NCBI GenBank assembly: GCA_964658425.1
Contig: CAZZYZ010000001.1
Coordinates: 1 to 58,647, forward strand
From: Vulcanimicrobiota bacterium
GTDB lineage: Bacteria > Vulcanimicrobiota > Vulcanimicrobiia > Vulcanimicrobiales > Vulcanimicrobiaceae
Length of the DNA: 58,647 nucleotides
Reading direction: 5' to 3'
Shown here in pieces: positions 44,850-54,774 of the stretch. Below the pieces are notes generated by a model. It was not told the DNA's origin and did no database searches. It saw nothing but the letters and a program-made list of their open reading frames with translations. Position numbers and translations under genes: made by a program. The stretch's first letter is position 1, and each line of letters opens with the position of its first letter.

Positions 44850-45224
44850 ATGACGACGAAGCAATTGATTTCAACCGCGATCCTGACCGCCGCCACGTTC
44901 GCCGTTTCGGCGCCCGCCGCGGTGATGGCCGATCCGCCGGCCGTCGGTGCTCCGACGATCCCGGGTGCGTTCATCAACTCGCCGACGACGCAGGGTCCGA
45001 ATGGCGGAGAATTCACCGCGAACTTTGCGGACAACGGTCGATTCGAAAGCTTCGGACGCGTCGATCAGCATTACCAGGCGTTCGACCTCACGACGGCTCG
45101 CAGCCGTCGCCAGGCGAGCGCGCGACAGAAGCTGAACGCAAAGGCCGAGCAGTCTGGTGTCAACGGCGTCTTTACCAGCTTTACGAATCAGCTCCGCTCG
45201 ATCGATGAGAGCGACTCGCGCTAA
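44850..45224 (+). CDS. Small secreted hypothetical protein (124 aa)
   Basis: ATG 44850, preceded by GAGGAG at a 9-nt spacing, in track ORF 44790-45224. Signal peptide (LISTAILTAATFAVSAPAAVMA). No family recognised. Confidence 0.55.
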   Translation: MTTKQLISTAILTAATFAVSAPAAVMADPPAVGAPTIPGAFINSPTTQGPNGGEFTANFADNGRFESFGRVDQHYQAFDLTTARSRRQASARQKLNAKAEQSGVNGVFTSFTNQLRSIDESDSR

Positions 45225-45311
45225 CTCTCCTTAGTGAACGGCGTTGGCAATTTTGGATGAACGTTGCCGGGCACGATCGTGATTCGATGAAAAATACGAG
45301 TGTGAGATGAG

Positions 45312-45345
45312 AGCGACGTCGGCTTCGTGCCGGCGTCGCTTTTTC
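45312..45345. terminator. Strong hairpin + T-run between convergent operons (terminator)
   Basis: gcgacgtcggc-ttcgt-gccggcgtcgc (11 bp, one G.U) followed by tttttct. It lies between the stops at 45224 (+) and 45379 (-). Confidence 0.75.
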
Positions 45346-45378
45346 TCAGACCTCGGAACGCGGACGCGGCGGTGCGAG

Positions 45379-46137
45379 TTACGAGACGGCTCGCGCCAGC
45401 CGTCTCGCGTCCAATCTCGCGGCCGCCGCGCGATCGACGAGCCACGTCGTTTTCGCATCGGCCGTGACGGCTTGGATCGGATACTCGCTCGGACAATCCG
45501 GCCCGTCGAAGACCGCCGTTAGCGCATCCGCCTTGCTCGAGCCCGCGGTCGCGATCGTGATCCCGCGCGCGGCGTTTATCAGCCGCGGCGTGAACGTGAT
45601 CCGAAACGTCGAAAATTGGTCGACGTAGGGTGCGCGAACGAGCGCGTCGTCGTCGTAGAACGGGTCGTTTCCCGGGAAGAGCGATGCGGTGTGGCCGTCG
45701 GTACCCATGCCGAGCAAGACGAGATCGAGGACGGGCGCCGGCCCGAACTCCGCGCGCAGGATGCTCGCATACGCCGTCGCCGCATCGGCGGGCGTCGCCT
45801 CACCGAGTATCCGCGCGATGTGATCGGGCGCGATGCCGACGCGGCCGAGCAGCGCGTCGAGGGCCATCTTGTAATTCGATTGCGGGTCGGTCGGCGGCAC
45901 GCAACGTTCGTCGCTGAAGAAGACGTGCACGCGCGACCAGTCGACCGTATCCCGATACGGTGCCGCCGCGAGCAACTTGTAGGTCGCTTCCGGGGTCGAC
46001 CCGCCGGCGAGTGCGAGATCGAAGCGTCCGCGGCTCGCGATCGCGCCGCGTGCGGCACTCGCGACGTGTTCGGCGAGCACGTGCGCGAGCGAGGCCGTCT
46101 CCTCGACGACGAGCAGGCGCTCGTAGCGCTCGTTCAT
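45379..46137 (-). CDS. pgl: 6-phosphogluconolactonase
   Basis: Internal ATG 46137 (MNERYERLLVVEE...) of track ORF 45379-46452, with an ATGA overlap with opcA. Motifs LAGGSTP, FFSDERCVP, LLGMGTDGHTASLFP. Confidence 0.92.
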   Translation of the reverse strand: MNERYERLLVVEETASLAHVLAEHVASAARGAIASRGRFDLALAGGSTPEATYKLLAAAPYRDTVDWSRVHVFFSDERCVPPTDPQSNYKMALDALLGRVGIAPDHIARILGEATPADAATAYASILRAEFGPAPVLDLVLLGMGTDGHTASLFPGNDPFYDDDALVRAPYVDQFSTFRITFTPRLINAARGITIATAGSSKADALTAVFDGPDCPSEYPIQAVTADAKTTWLVDRAAAARLDARRLARAVS

Positions 46138-47174
46138 CCGAGTAGATCGCGTACGGTGAGCAACGACGTCTCGAAGATGCGGTCCCGATCGTGCTCGAGG
46201 ATCGCCCGTTCGATGAGCGACGTGTTCTCGATATTGCGGAGCGGCATCCACCAGGCGGGCTTCGCGCGCGACCCGGCGACCGAGAGACAGACGACGTTTT
46301 CGTCGTCGGCGGAGAGCTCCGCACGATAGGTCGACGTGCCGGCGTCGAGGACGACGGAAAGGACGCGCCGCTGATCGCCGCGATCGATCTTCGTGACCGG
46401 GATCGTGCGGCCGTTGCGATCGCGGAACGAATCCCGCCCGACCGGTTGCCACGAGAGGCGGCTCCCGAGCCAGCCGGCGAGGTAGAGTGCCTCCGCTTCG
46501 GAACCGCTCGTAATCTCGAGCGACCGTAACGAAAAAAGATCCTCCCTAAGCGCGGGATCGTCGAAAAACTGTGCGATCATGTCCTGCCACGGTGCGAGGC
46601 GCATGAACGCAAGATCCTGCAGTACGACGCTCGGGAAGCGCGTGAGAAACTCTCCGAGTTCTTGAATCGTCTCTTTCCCGCGCGCCTTTCCGGACGAATC
46701 GACGACGACCGTCTGCGCTTGCTGCGCGAGCCCCGAGAAGGTACGGCTCTGTAACAATCGCGCGCCGCTCCACCAGAGCACGAGCGGGACCTCGGGGACC
46801 GTCAGCTCGTGCACGAGGCTGATGATCGCGCGATGACCGAGCGAGCGGACCGCGATATCGACGCGTTCGTTGACGTGCGGAGCGCCGTTGGTCGTTCGGA
46901 TCGAGCTTCCGACCGAGATGCCGGTCGTCGCATCGGTCGAGTCCAGGACGATTAGTCGCGACGGATGCTTCTCGACGACCGTCGCGGCCCGCTCGAGGAC
47001 CCAGGATCGATAGACCGGATCGTCCGTGAAGACGACGAAATTCATCGTCGCGACGCGCGCGGCGACGTCGAGGCCCTCGCCTTCCAATCGCTGCCGCGAC
47101 TCGCGTAGCGCCGTGAGGATCGACGAGGCGTCTTGAAGCGAACCCGCATCCGTGGTCACTAAATTCTCCTCCAT
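46134..47174 (-). CDS. opcA: Glucose-6-phosphate dehydrogenase assembly protein OpcA
   Basis: Internal ATG 47174 (MEENLVTTD...) of track ORF 46134-47300. Its position between zwf and pgl, its length and its sequence pattern fit OpcA. The start overlaps the zwf 3' end by 16 nt. Confidence 0.8.
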   Translation of the reverse strand: MEENLVTTDAGSLQDASSILTALRESRQRLEGEGLDVAARVATMNFVVFTDDPVYRSWVLERAATVVEKHPSRLIVLDSTDATTGISVGSSIRTTNGAPHVNERVDIAVRSLGHRAIISLVHELTVPEVPLVLWWSGARLLQSRTFSGLAQQAQTVVVDSSGKARGKETIQELGEFLTRFPSVVLQDLAFMRLAPWQDMIAQFFDDPALREDLFSLRSLEITSGSEAEALYLAGWLGSRLSWQPVGRDSFRDRNGRTIPVTKIDRGDQRRVLSVVLDAGTSTYRAELSADDENVVCLSVAGSRAKPAWWMPLRNIENTSLIERAILEHDRDRIFETSLLTVRDLLG

Positions 47175-48724
47175 TCGCGACCGTCGGCGACGAGCAGGGC
47201 GTCCGCGTTTTGCGGCCCTTGACTGCCGGCGAGGTAATTCGGAAAGTCGACGAGCCGCGTCTCGCTCCAGCGTTGCATGATCGGCGTGACCGCGCGCCAC
47301 GCCTGTTCGACGGCGTCCCAGCGGGTGAAGAGCGTCGCATCTCCGCGGATCGCATCACCGATGAGTCGCTCGTACGCCGGCGGCGAAGAGACGCCGAAAC
47401 CGGTCCCGTAATTGAAGTCCATCGTCACGCCGCGAATGTGCATCTTCGGGCCCGGCACTTTCGCATTGAAGCGAATGGAGACGCCCTCTTCGGGTTGGAT
47501 TTTCATGACGAGCGTGTTGGTCTCGATCTGATCGTCCGCCTCACCGAAGATGCGATGCGGGATCGAACGAAACGTCACCGCGATCTCGGAATGTTTGTGC
47601 GCGAGCCGCTTCCCGCTGCGCAGATAGAACGGGACGTTCGCCCAACGCCAATTGTCGATGAAGAACTTGACGCACGCGTACGTGTCGGTCGTCGAGTTCG
47701 GCTGAACGCTCTCTTCCTCGCGATAGCCGGGCACGGCTTTGCCGCCGATGAGCCCCGGGCCGTACTGACCGCGCGCCGTCACCTTCGGAACGTCGTCGAG
47801 CGTGATCGGCCGTAGCGCCGAGAGCACTTTGAACTTCTCGTCTCGGATGCGATCGGCACTCGGCGAGATCGGCGGCTCCATCGCGACGAGCGCGAGCAGA
47901 TTGATGACGTGGTTTTGGATCATGTCGCGCAGCGCGCCAGAACTCTCGTAATACCCGCCGCGCCCTTCGACGCCGACGGTCTCGGCCGCGGTGATCTGCA
48001 CGTGATCGACGTACTGTCGGTTCCAGATCGGCTCGAACATGACGTTCGCGAAGCGAAGCGCCATGATGTCCTGCACGGGCTCCTTGCCGAGATAGTGATC
48101 GATGCGATAGACGTGCTGCTCTTCGAAGACCTTCGTCACGTCGGCTTGCAACGCGCGCGCCGATTCCAGATCGGTCCCGAACGGCTTCTCGATGATGATG
48201 CGCGACCAGCCCTTGGCTTGATCGCGCGGCGCGAGGCCCGCTTCGTTCAGTCCTAAAACGATTTTCGAGAAGACGCTCGGCGGCGTCGAGAGATAGTAGA
48301 GCCGATTGTGCGCCGTCCCGAGCGCCTCGTCGTTCGCGTCGATCTGCGCTTTGAGCCGCCGGAACGCGTCGACGTCGTCGAAATCGCCGCTGACGTACGA
48401 GAGGCGATTCGCGAAGTCGGACCACAGCGGTTCTTTCGCGGGCCCGGTGCGCGAGAAATCCGAGATCGCTTCCTTCATCTGATCGCGGAACGCCTCATCG
48501 GAGATGTCCGAACGCGAGAAACCGATGATCCCGAATTGCGAGGGAAGGATCCCGCCGAGTCGCAGATTGTACATCGCCGGCATCAGCATGCGCTTCACGA
48601 GATCTCCGCTCGCACCGAAGAAGACGACGTTGCACGGGTCGGAGATCCGATTGGAATCGAGGCCTTCGCGTAGCGGATTTCCGAACGGAGCGAGCGGGTT
48701 GTCGGGGCGGACGAGCGTCTCCAT
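47159..48724 (-). CDS. zwf: Glucose-6-phosphate 1-dehydrogenase
   Basis: Internal ATG 48724 (METLVRPDNP...) of track ORF 47159-48910. Motifs FGASGDLVKR, RIDHYLGKE, EKPFG. Confidence 0.96.
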   Translation of the reverse strand: METLVRPDNPLAPFGNPLREGLDSNRISDPCNVVFFGASGDLVKRMLMPAMYNLRLGGILPSQFGIIGFSRSDISDEAFRDQMKEAISDFSRTGPAKEPLWSDFANRLSYVSGDFDDVDAFRRLKAQIDANDEALGTAHNRLYYLSTPPSVFSKIVLGLNEAGLAPRDQAKGWSRIIIEKPFGTDLESARALQADVTKVFEEQHVYRIDHYLGKEPVQDIMALRFANVMFEPIWNRQYVDHVQITAAETVGVEGRGGYYESSGALRDMIQNHVINLLALVAMEPPISPSADRIRDEKFKVLSALRPITLDDVPKVTARGQYGPGLIGGKAVPGYREEESVQPNSTTDTYACVKFFIDNWRWANVPFYLRSGKRLAHKHSEIAVTFRSIPHRIFGEADDQIETNTLVMKIQPEEGVSIRFNAKVPGPKMHIRGVTMDFNYGTGFGVSSPPAYERLIGDAIRGDATLFTRWDAVEQAWRAVTPIMQRWSETRLVDFPNYLAGSQGPQNADALLVADGREWRRI

Positions 48725-48732
48725 CGTGCTCC

Positions 48733-49647
48733 CTACGAGCCCGCCGGTGCGGGCTCGTGCTTGACGGCATGACCGCCGAACTGATTGCGAAGCGCCGCGA
48801 CGACCTTCGCGTTGAACGACTCGTCTTGCCGCGATGCGAATCGCGAGAAGAGTGCGGCCGTGATTACGGGCGCCGGGACGTTCTCGTCGATCGCGGCGGC
48901 GATCGTCCAACGGCCTTCGCCCGAGTCATCGACGTAGCCGCGGATCGACGTCAGGCCCGGATCTTCGCGGAACGCGAGCTCGGCGAGTTCGAGCAGCCAG
49001 GAGCGAATGACGCTCGAGTGCAGCCAGAGCTCCGAGAGTTGATGGAGATCGAATTTGAATTCGGATTTCTCGAGGATCTCGAAGCCCTCGCCGTATGCGG
49101 CGAGCATGCCGTATTCGATACCGTTGTGAACCATCTTCGAGAAGTGCCCGGCACCGATCGGCCCGACGTGTGCGTAGCCGTCGGGCGGCGCGAGCGTGAC
49201 GAAGATCGGTGCGACGCGGTTTACCGCGGCGTCGTCGCCGCCGACCATCAGGCAGTAGCCGTTCTTGAGGCCCCAAACGCCGCCGCTCGTTCCGGCGTCG
49301 ATGAAGTCGACGCCGTGTTCTTTCGCTCGCGCGTATCGCGCCTGCGAATCGCGGAACATCGAGTTCCCGCCGTCGACGATCGCGTCGCCGGGCGAGAGAT
49401 GCTCCAGGAGTACGGCGATCGTATCGTCCGTCGGCTTTCCCGAGGGGACCATGATCCATACCGTCCGCGGCGCGGCGAGCTTTGCGACGAGATCTGCAAG
49501 CGACGTCGCGCCCGACGCGCCGTCGGCGACCGAGCGCGCGACGGCATCCGGCGAGACGTCGTACGCGACGACGCTATGTTTGCCGAGGACGAGACGCGTC
49601 GCCATGTTCGCGCCCATTCGGCCGAGGCCGACCATTCCGAGTTGCAT
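48733..49647 (-). CDS. gnd: 6-phosphogluconate dehydrogenase, decarboxylating (short, about 300-aa Gnd type)
   Basis: 304-aa ORF with an AGGAG RBS. Motifs MVGLGRMGANM, GTSGGVWG, KMVHNGIEYG. Confidence 0.93.
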   Translation of the reverse strand: MQLGMVGLGRMGANMATRLVLGKHSVVAYDVSPDAVARSVADGASGATSLADLVAKLAAPRTVWIMVPSGKPTDDTIAVLLEHLSPGDAIVDGGNSMFRDSQARYARAKEHGVDFIDAGTSGGVWGLKNGYCLMVGGDDAAVNRVAPIFVTLAPPDGYAHVGPIGAGHFSKMVHNGIEYGMLAAYGEGFEILEKSEFKFDLHQLSELWLHSSVIRSWLLELAELAFREDPGLTSIRGYVDDSGEGRWTIAAAIDENVPAPVITAALFSRFASRQDESFNAKVVAALRNQFGGHAVKHEPAPAGS

Positions 49648-49688
49648 TCTTCCGCGTTACTCCTTCGCGACGTGTCGCGTCGTACTGA

Positions 49689-52598
49689 TCAGGCGTGCGC
49701 GACGATGGCGTCGTCGATCGCATCCGCGAGCGCTTCGAGCCCCGTGTCGAGTGGGAGCGCGAGATGGATGCGCGCGCCGCGCCGGTCGCGCGAATCGAGC
49801 GATTCGAAATCGCCGAGCGCTTGCGAGCGCAGCAGCGTTCCGAACGAGACCATCCCCGGGATATCGAGATCGTCCGACTTCGGCGTATCGGTCGTCAGCT
49901 GGAAGAAGACGCCGGTGTTCGGCCCGCCCTTGTGCAGCTGACCCGTCGAGTGCAGGAAGCGCGGCCCGAATCCGACGGTCGTCGCGACTTTGAGCGCGTT
50001 ACGGACCGCGAGCCGGATCTCGCGCAATTGCTGCTCGTGCGCTTCGTTCCGTTCGACGTACGCGTTGAACGCGACGTAATCGCCCGGTTCGATCTGCGCG
50101 ACGATCGCGCGAACGGCGCTGCGCAGATCGCTCCCGAGATCGATCTTCTTCGAACCGGAGATCGGAAAGATCTCCGCGAGCTTCGAGCTCTGCTTCGGCT
50201 CGGGCTCGCCGAACGTGCCCTGCCTCACGTACTCCGCGAGCAGGCGCTTCGTATTGTCCTTGGATTCTTGCACGTTGGGCTGATCGAAGGCATCGATCCC
50301 GAGGACGCTCCCGGCGGCCGCGGTCGCGACTTCCCACAGCGCGAATTGCGCGCCGATGTCGAGCGTATCGGCCATCGCGAGCCGGATCACCGGATGGCCC
50401 GCCTCTTGAAGTGCGGCGAGCCGCGTCTCGATCGTCGATGCGTCCATCTCGGCGTGCACGTGGCCGCCCGCGGGGAGCCCGGCGCCGACGTAGACGAAGA
50501 CGCGGTCGTTGCCGTAGTCGTGCGGCATCCCGAGCGGCTCGCCCTCGATCGGCACGATCCCGGTGCCGCTCTTCCCGGTCGATTCCGCCACGAGCTGTTC
50601 CGCCCAGGCGCCGAATGCGGCGATGGCGGGATGCGTGACGATCGTCAGCTTATCGCGGCCGGCCTTCGCGAGCGATCCGAGCGCGGCACCGAAGACGACG
50701 GCGTATGCATCGTCGACCTTCGTCGTGCGCGCGTTCGCGTCGAGGACGCCGAGGCCGCGATCGACGATCGCCGCGGCATCGTAGCCGGCGAGCGCTGCCG
50801 GAACCATGCCAAAAAACGAGAGCGCGGAGTAGCGGCCGCCGATGTTCGGATCGTTCTCGAAGATGCGCAAGAATTTCGCATCCTTGGCTTCCGATTCGAG
50901 CTTCGTCCCGGGATCGGTGATGGCGATGAAGTGATCGCCCGCGCGATCGACGCCGACCGTTTTCTGGACGCGCTCGAAGAAGTAGCGGAAGAACGCCTCG
51001 GGTTCGGTCGTCGAGCCGCTCTTGCTCGCGACGATGAACAGCGTACGCTCGAGATCGAGCGCCGCTTCGAGCGTCTTGACCTGTAACGGATCGCTCGAAT
51101 CGAGCACGTGGAGCTCGGGTCGATTCTCGAGTTTCCCGAACGTCACGCGTAGCGTGTCGGGGGCGAGCGAACTGCCGCCCATGCCGAGGACGACGACGTG
51201 CGCGAACGTCTTCGCGACGTCGCTCGCGAACGTCACGAGTTCGAGCGCGCGTTCGTGAACGGTTCTCGGAAAGTCGAGCCAACCGAGGGCGTTCGAGATG
51301 ATCTTGACGTGTGCCGGATCGGACGACCACGGCGACGCGTCGTGTGCCCAGAGCTTCGCGAGAAAATCGTTGCGTGAAAGCTCGTCGAGCGCCGAGCGCG
51401 CCGCTGCCGTGCCGTCTCCGAGCGAGAGCTCGACGTGCGCCGCCGCGCCGCCGCCGCCGCTCCCGTTCCCATTCGGGCCGCCGTCGCCGCGAAGTTTCGA
51501 CTGCTTCTCACGAATCGCATCGAGCATCTTGTCGTACGAATCGGAGAACGACTGCAAGCCGTCGACTTGCAACTTTTGCGTGACGTCGAAGAGCGAGATG
51601 TTCGCAGCCGTGAGCCCGTCGAGCGTCGTCTGCGCGCTCTCGAAATTTCGCTCGACCGTGTCGGGCACGACGCGGCCGTGATCGAGAAAATCATCGAGCG
51701 TCGCCGGCGGGACCGTATCGACGGTATTCTTGCCGATGAGATTCTCGACGTACATCACGTCGCGATACGCCGGATTCTTCGTGCCGGTGCTCGCCCAAAG
51801 CGGCCGCTGCACGCGAGCCCCCTTCGCCTCGAGCTTTTCGAACCGTTCGCCCTCGAAGATTTCCTTGTAGCGCTTGTAGATGAGCTTGACGTTCGCGATG
51901 CCCGTCTTCCCGAGCAGCGGTTCGAGCGCTTGCTCGCCGTTTTTGATCCGCGTCTCGAGCTGCGCATCGATCGCGCTGTCGATCCGGCTGATGAACACGC
52001 TCGCGACCGAGGCGACGCGATCAACCGGCTCGCCCGCAGCGACGCGTTTCTCGATACCCTTGACGTAGGCATCGGCGGTCGCCGCATACGTATCGACGGA
52101 GAAGATGAGCGTGATGTTAACGTTGATGCCGGCCGCGATCACGTCCGTGACCGCGAGCAGGCCCTCGGGCGTGGCCGGGATCTTGATCATCACGTTCGGT
52201 CGATCGACGAGCGCCCAGAGCCGCTTCGCGGATTCAATCGTCTTCGCGGTATCGTGCGAGACGCCGGGGGAGACTTCCAAGCTGACGTATCCGTCGCCGC
52301 CGCCGGTCGAATCGTAGAGCGCGCGAAATTCGTCGCACGCGTGCTGGATATCGTCCGATGCGATCGCTTCGAAGAGCAGGTTCGCGTCGTCTTCCTTGCC
52401 GATCAGGCTCTTGAGTTGTGCGTCGTAATCGTTGCCGCTGCCGATCGCCTTTTCGAAGATCGTCGGATTGGAGGTCATCCCACGGACCCCCACCTCGATG
52501 AGCCGATGCAGTTCGCCCGATGCGAACATGCTGCGCCGAATGTTGTCGAGCCAAATGCTCTGTCCGGCTTCGTGCAAGGCGTTGAGGTTGGAATCCAT
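49689..52598 (-). CDS. tal-pgi: Bifunctional transaldolase / glucose-6-phosphate isomerase fusion
   Basis: 969-aa ORF. The N-terminal about 370 aa are transaldolase (QSIWLDNIRR, GMTSNPTIF, KIPAT). The C-terminal about 550 aa are a PGI-type SIS domain (VVLGMGGSSL, SKSGSTTE). Confidence 0.9.
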   Translation of the reverse strand: MDSNLNALHEAGQSIWLDNIRRSMFASGELHRLIEVGVRGMTSNPTIFEKAIGSGNDYDAQLKSLIGKEDDANLLFEAIASDDIQHACDEFRALYDSTGGGDGYVSLEVSPGVSHDTAKTIESAKRLWALVDRPNVMIKIPATPEGLLAVTDVIAAGINVNITLIFSVDTYAATADAYVKGIEKRVAAGEPVDRVASVASVFISRIDSAIDAQLETRIKNGEQALEPLLGKTGIANVKLIYKRYKEIFEGERFEKLEAKGARVQRPLWASTGTKNPAYRDVMYVENLIGKNTVDTVPPATLDDFLDHGRVVPDTVERNFESAQTTLDGLTAANISLFDVTQKLQVDGLQSFSDSYDKMLDAIREKQSKLRGDGGPNGNGSGGGGAAAHVELSLGDGTAAARSALDELSRNDFLAKLWAHDASPWSSDPAHVKIISNALGWLDFPRTVHERALELVTFASDVAKTFAHVVVLGMGGSSLAPDTLRVTFGKLENRPELHVLDSSDPLQVKTLEAALDLERTLFIVASKSGSTTEPEAFFRYFFERVQKTVGVDRAGDHFIAITDPGTKLESEAKDAKFLRIFENDPNIGGRYSALSFFGMVPAALAGYDAAAIVDRGLGVLDANARTTKVDDAYAVVFGAALGSLAKAGRDKLTIVTHPAIAAFGAWAEQLVAESTGKSGTGIVPIEGEPLGMPHDYGNDRVFVYVGAGLPAGGHVHAEMDASTIETRLAALQEAGHPVIRLAMADTLDIGAQFALWEVATAAAGSVLGIDAFDQPNVQESKDNTKRLLAEYVRQGTFGEPEPKQSSKLAEIFPISGSKKIDLGSDLRSAVRAIVAQIEPGDYVAFNAYVERNEAHEQQLREIRLAVRNALKVATTVGFGPRFLHSTGQLHKGGPNTGVFFQLTTDTPKSDDLDIPGMVSFGTLLRSQALGDFESLDSRDRRGARIHLALPLDTGLEALADAIDDAIVAHA

Positions 52599-52616
52599 GG
52601 GAGCCTCCTTAAGGCG

Positions 52617-54656
52617 TTAGACCTTCGCGAGCAATCCTGTCGCGGCTTCGACGACACCATCCGCGGTGAAGCCGAGCTTTTTGGCGATGTCGGCGGCGGG
52701 CGCCGACATGCCGAAGTGATCGATTCCGAATGCGAAGCCCCGATCGCCGACGATCTTCGACCAGCCGTAGGTCGAGCCGGCTTCGATCGAGACGCGAGCG
52801 CGAACGTCGCTCGGCAAGATGCTCTCGCGATACGCTTCGTCTTGGCCGAGAAAGAGCTCCATCGACGGCATAGAGACGACGCGCGTTTTCGTTCCGCGGC
52901 CATCGAGCGTTTTTGCCGCTTCGAGTGCGAGCGAAACTTCGGAGCCCGTCGCGATCAGAATCACGTCCGGTTGAACAGTCGCATCACCGAGGATGTATGC
53001 GCCGCGGCTGACATCTGCGTTGCGCGCACCCAGGAACGGAAGTTTCTGACGTGAGAGCACGAGCGCGGTCGGCCCCTTTTTCGCGATCGCGAACTTCCAT
53101 GCTTCGAGCGTTTCGAGCGAGTCGGCCGGCCGGATGACGGTCACGTTCGGCGTCGCGCGGAGATTGCCGAGCTGCTCGATCGGCTGATGCGTCGGGCCGT
53201 CTTCGCCGAGGAAGACGCTATCGTGTGTGAAGACGAAGATCGCGCGCGTCTCGTTGATGGCGGCGAGCCGGATCGCGGGCTTCATGTAATCCAAGAAGGT
53301 GAAGAACGTCGCCGTGAACGGCACGATCCCGCTGTGAACGGCAAGGCCGTTCGTGATCGCGCCCATCGCGTGCTCGCGCACGCCGTAGTGGAAGTTCCGC
53401 CCGGCGTAGCTGCCGGGTTGGAAGTCGCCCATCCCCTTGAGATACGTCTTCGTCGAGGGATCGAGGTCGGCCGACCCGCCGCAGAGTTCCGGCATGTCCT
53501 TCGCAATCGCGTTCATCACGGTGCCGCCCGCTTCGCGCGAAGCCACGCTACCGTTGGCTTCGTCGAACGTCGGCCAAGAAATCGTGTCGGGGAGTTTTTC
53601 GTCGCGCACGCGCTGCAACTGCTTCGCGAGATCGGGATTCGCTTTCTCCCAGGCATCGAAGGCCTTGGTCCAGGCCTCTTGTGCGGCGCCGCCCTTCTTC
53701 CCGGCCTCGCGCCACCACGCGAGCACGTCGTCCGGGACGTAGAAATCGGGCGTCGTCGGCCAGCCGAGCGCCTCTTTCGTCTTGACCACGTTCTCTTTGC
53801 CGAGCGGCTCGCCGTGTGCTCCGGCCGTTCCGGCCCGCGGGGAACCGAAGCCGATGATCGTGCGAATGTTGAGCAGCGACGGCCGCGGATCTTGCTTGGC
53901 CGCATTGAGGGCCGCATCGATCGCCGCGACGTCGTTCCCGTCGTCGGCGACGATCTTTTGCACATGCCAGCCGTACGCTTCGTAGCGCGCGCCGACGTCT
54001 TCGGTGAACGAGAGATCGGTCGGGCCGGCGAGCGAGACCTTGTTATCGTCGTAGAGGACGATCAGCTTGCCGAGCTTGAGATGCCCCGCGAGCGACGATG
54101 CTTCGCTCGAAACGCCTTCCATCAGATCGCCGTCGCCGACGATGCAATACGTGTAATGATCGACGATCGTCTGCTCGCGATTGTACGTCGCCGCGAGTTG
54201 GGCTTCGGCCATCGCGAGCCCGACGGCATTTCCGATCCCTTGGCCGAGCGGGCCCGTCGTGACTTCGACGCCGGCCGTGTGATGGAGCTCGGGGTGTCCC
54301 GGCGTCTTGCTGCCGAGTTGCCGGAACGATTTGAGATCGTCGAGCGTCAGCGGATACCCCGAGAGGTAGAGGAGCGCGTAGATCAGCATCGAGCCGTGCC
54401 CGGCGCTCAAAACGAAGCGATCGCGGTCGAACCATGCGGAATCGTTCGCGTTGTATTTGAGATGGCGCGTCCAGAGGGTGTACGCCATCGCGGCGGCACC
54501 GAGCGGGAGGCCGGGATGGCCGGAGTTCGCTTTTTGCACGCCGTCGACCGCGAGAAAGCGGATGGCGTTGATGCGTTGCTGATCGTCTGGCGTATTAGGC
54601 AAGCTCGTTCTCCTCGAGACAGGCGCAGGCGGGACGGGTTCTTGACGTTCGCCCAT
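52617..54656 (-). CDS. tkt: Transketolase
   Basis: Internal ATG 54656 (MGERQEPV...) of track ORF 52617-54770. Motifs [26 protein letters not shown]. Confidence 0.96.
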   Translation of the reverse strand: MGERQEPVPPAPVSRRTSLPNTPDDQQRINAIRFLAVDGVQKANSGHPGLPLGAAAMAYTLWTRHLKYNANDSAWFDRDRFVLSAGHGSMLIYALLYLSGYPLTLDDLKSFRQLGSKTPGHPELHHTAGVEVTTGPLGQGIGNAVGLAMAEAQLAATYNREQTIVDHYTYCIVGDGDLMEGVSSEASSLAGHLKLGKLIVLYDDNKVSLAGPTDLSFTEDVGARYEAYGWHVQKIVADDGNDVAAIDAALNAAKQDPRPSLLNIRTIIGFGSPRAGTAGAHGEPLGKENVVKTKEALGWPTTPDFYVPDDVLAWWREAGKKGGAAQEAWTKAFDAWEKANPDLAKQLQRVRDEKLPDTISWPTFDEANGSVASREAGGTVMNAIAKDMPELCGGSADLDPSTKTYLKGMGDFQPGSYAGRNFHYGVREHAMGAITNGLAVHSGIVPFTATFFTFLDYMKPAIRLAAINETRAIFVFTHDSVFLGEDGPTHQPIEQLGNLRATPNVTVIRPADSLETLEAWKFAIAKKGPTALVLSRQKLPFLGARNADVSRGAYILGDATVQPDVILIATGSEVSLALEAAKTLDGRGTKTRVVSMPSMELFLGQDEAYRESILPSDVRARVSIEAGSTYGWSKIVGDRGFAFGIDHFGMSAPAADIAKKLGFTADGVVEAATGLLAKV

Positions 54657-54774
54657 CGGTTCACCATTCCCCGAACGGCTCCGTTGACTCGAAAAGTCGG
54701 GGCGGCGGAGGTCCTTCCAACCTCCGCCGTGCGTGCGTAGGAGTTCTCGGGCGGCGACGAACACAGGCACGCGG

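Noticed and set aside
54704-54728. Hairpin ggcggagg-N9-cctccgcc in the tkt/dapD divergent spacer, considered as a lysine (L-box) leader
   Set aside because: The 118-nt spacer is far too short for an L-box and lacks its conserved elements. The hairpin alone is not evidence of regulation.
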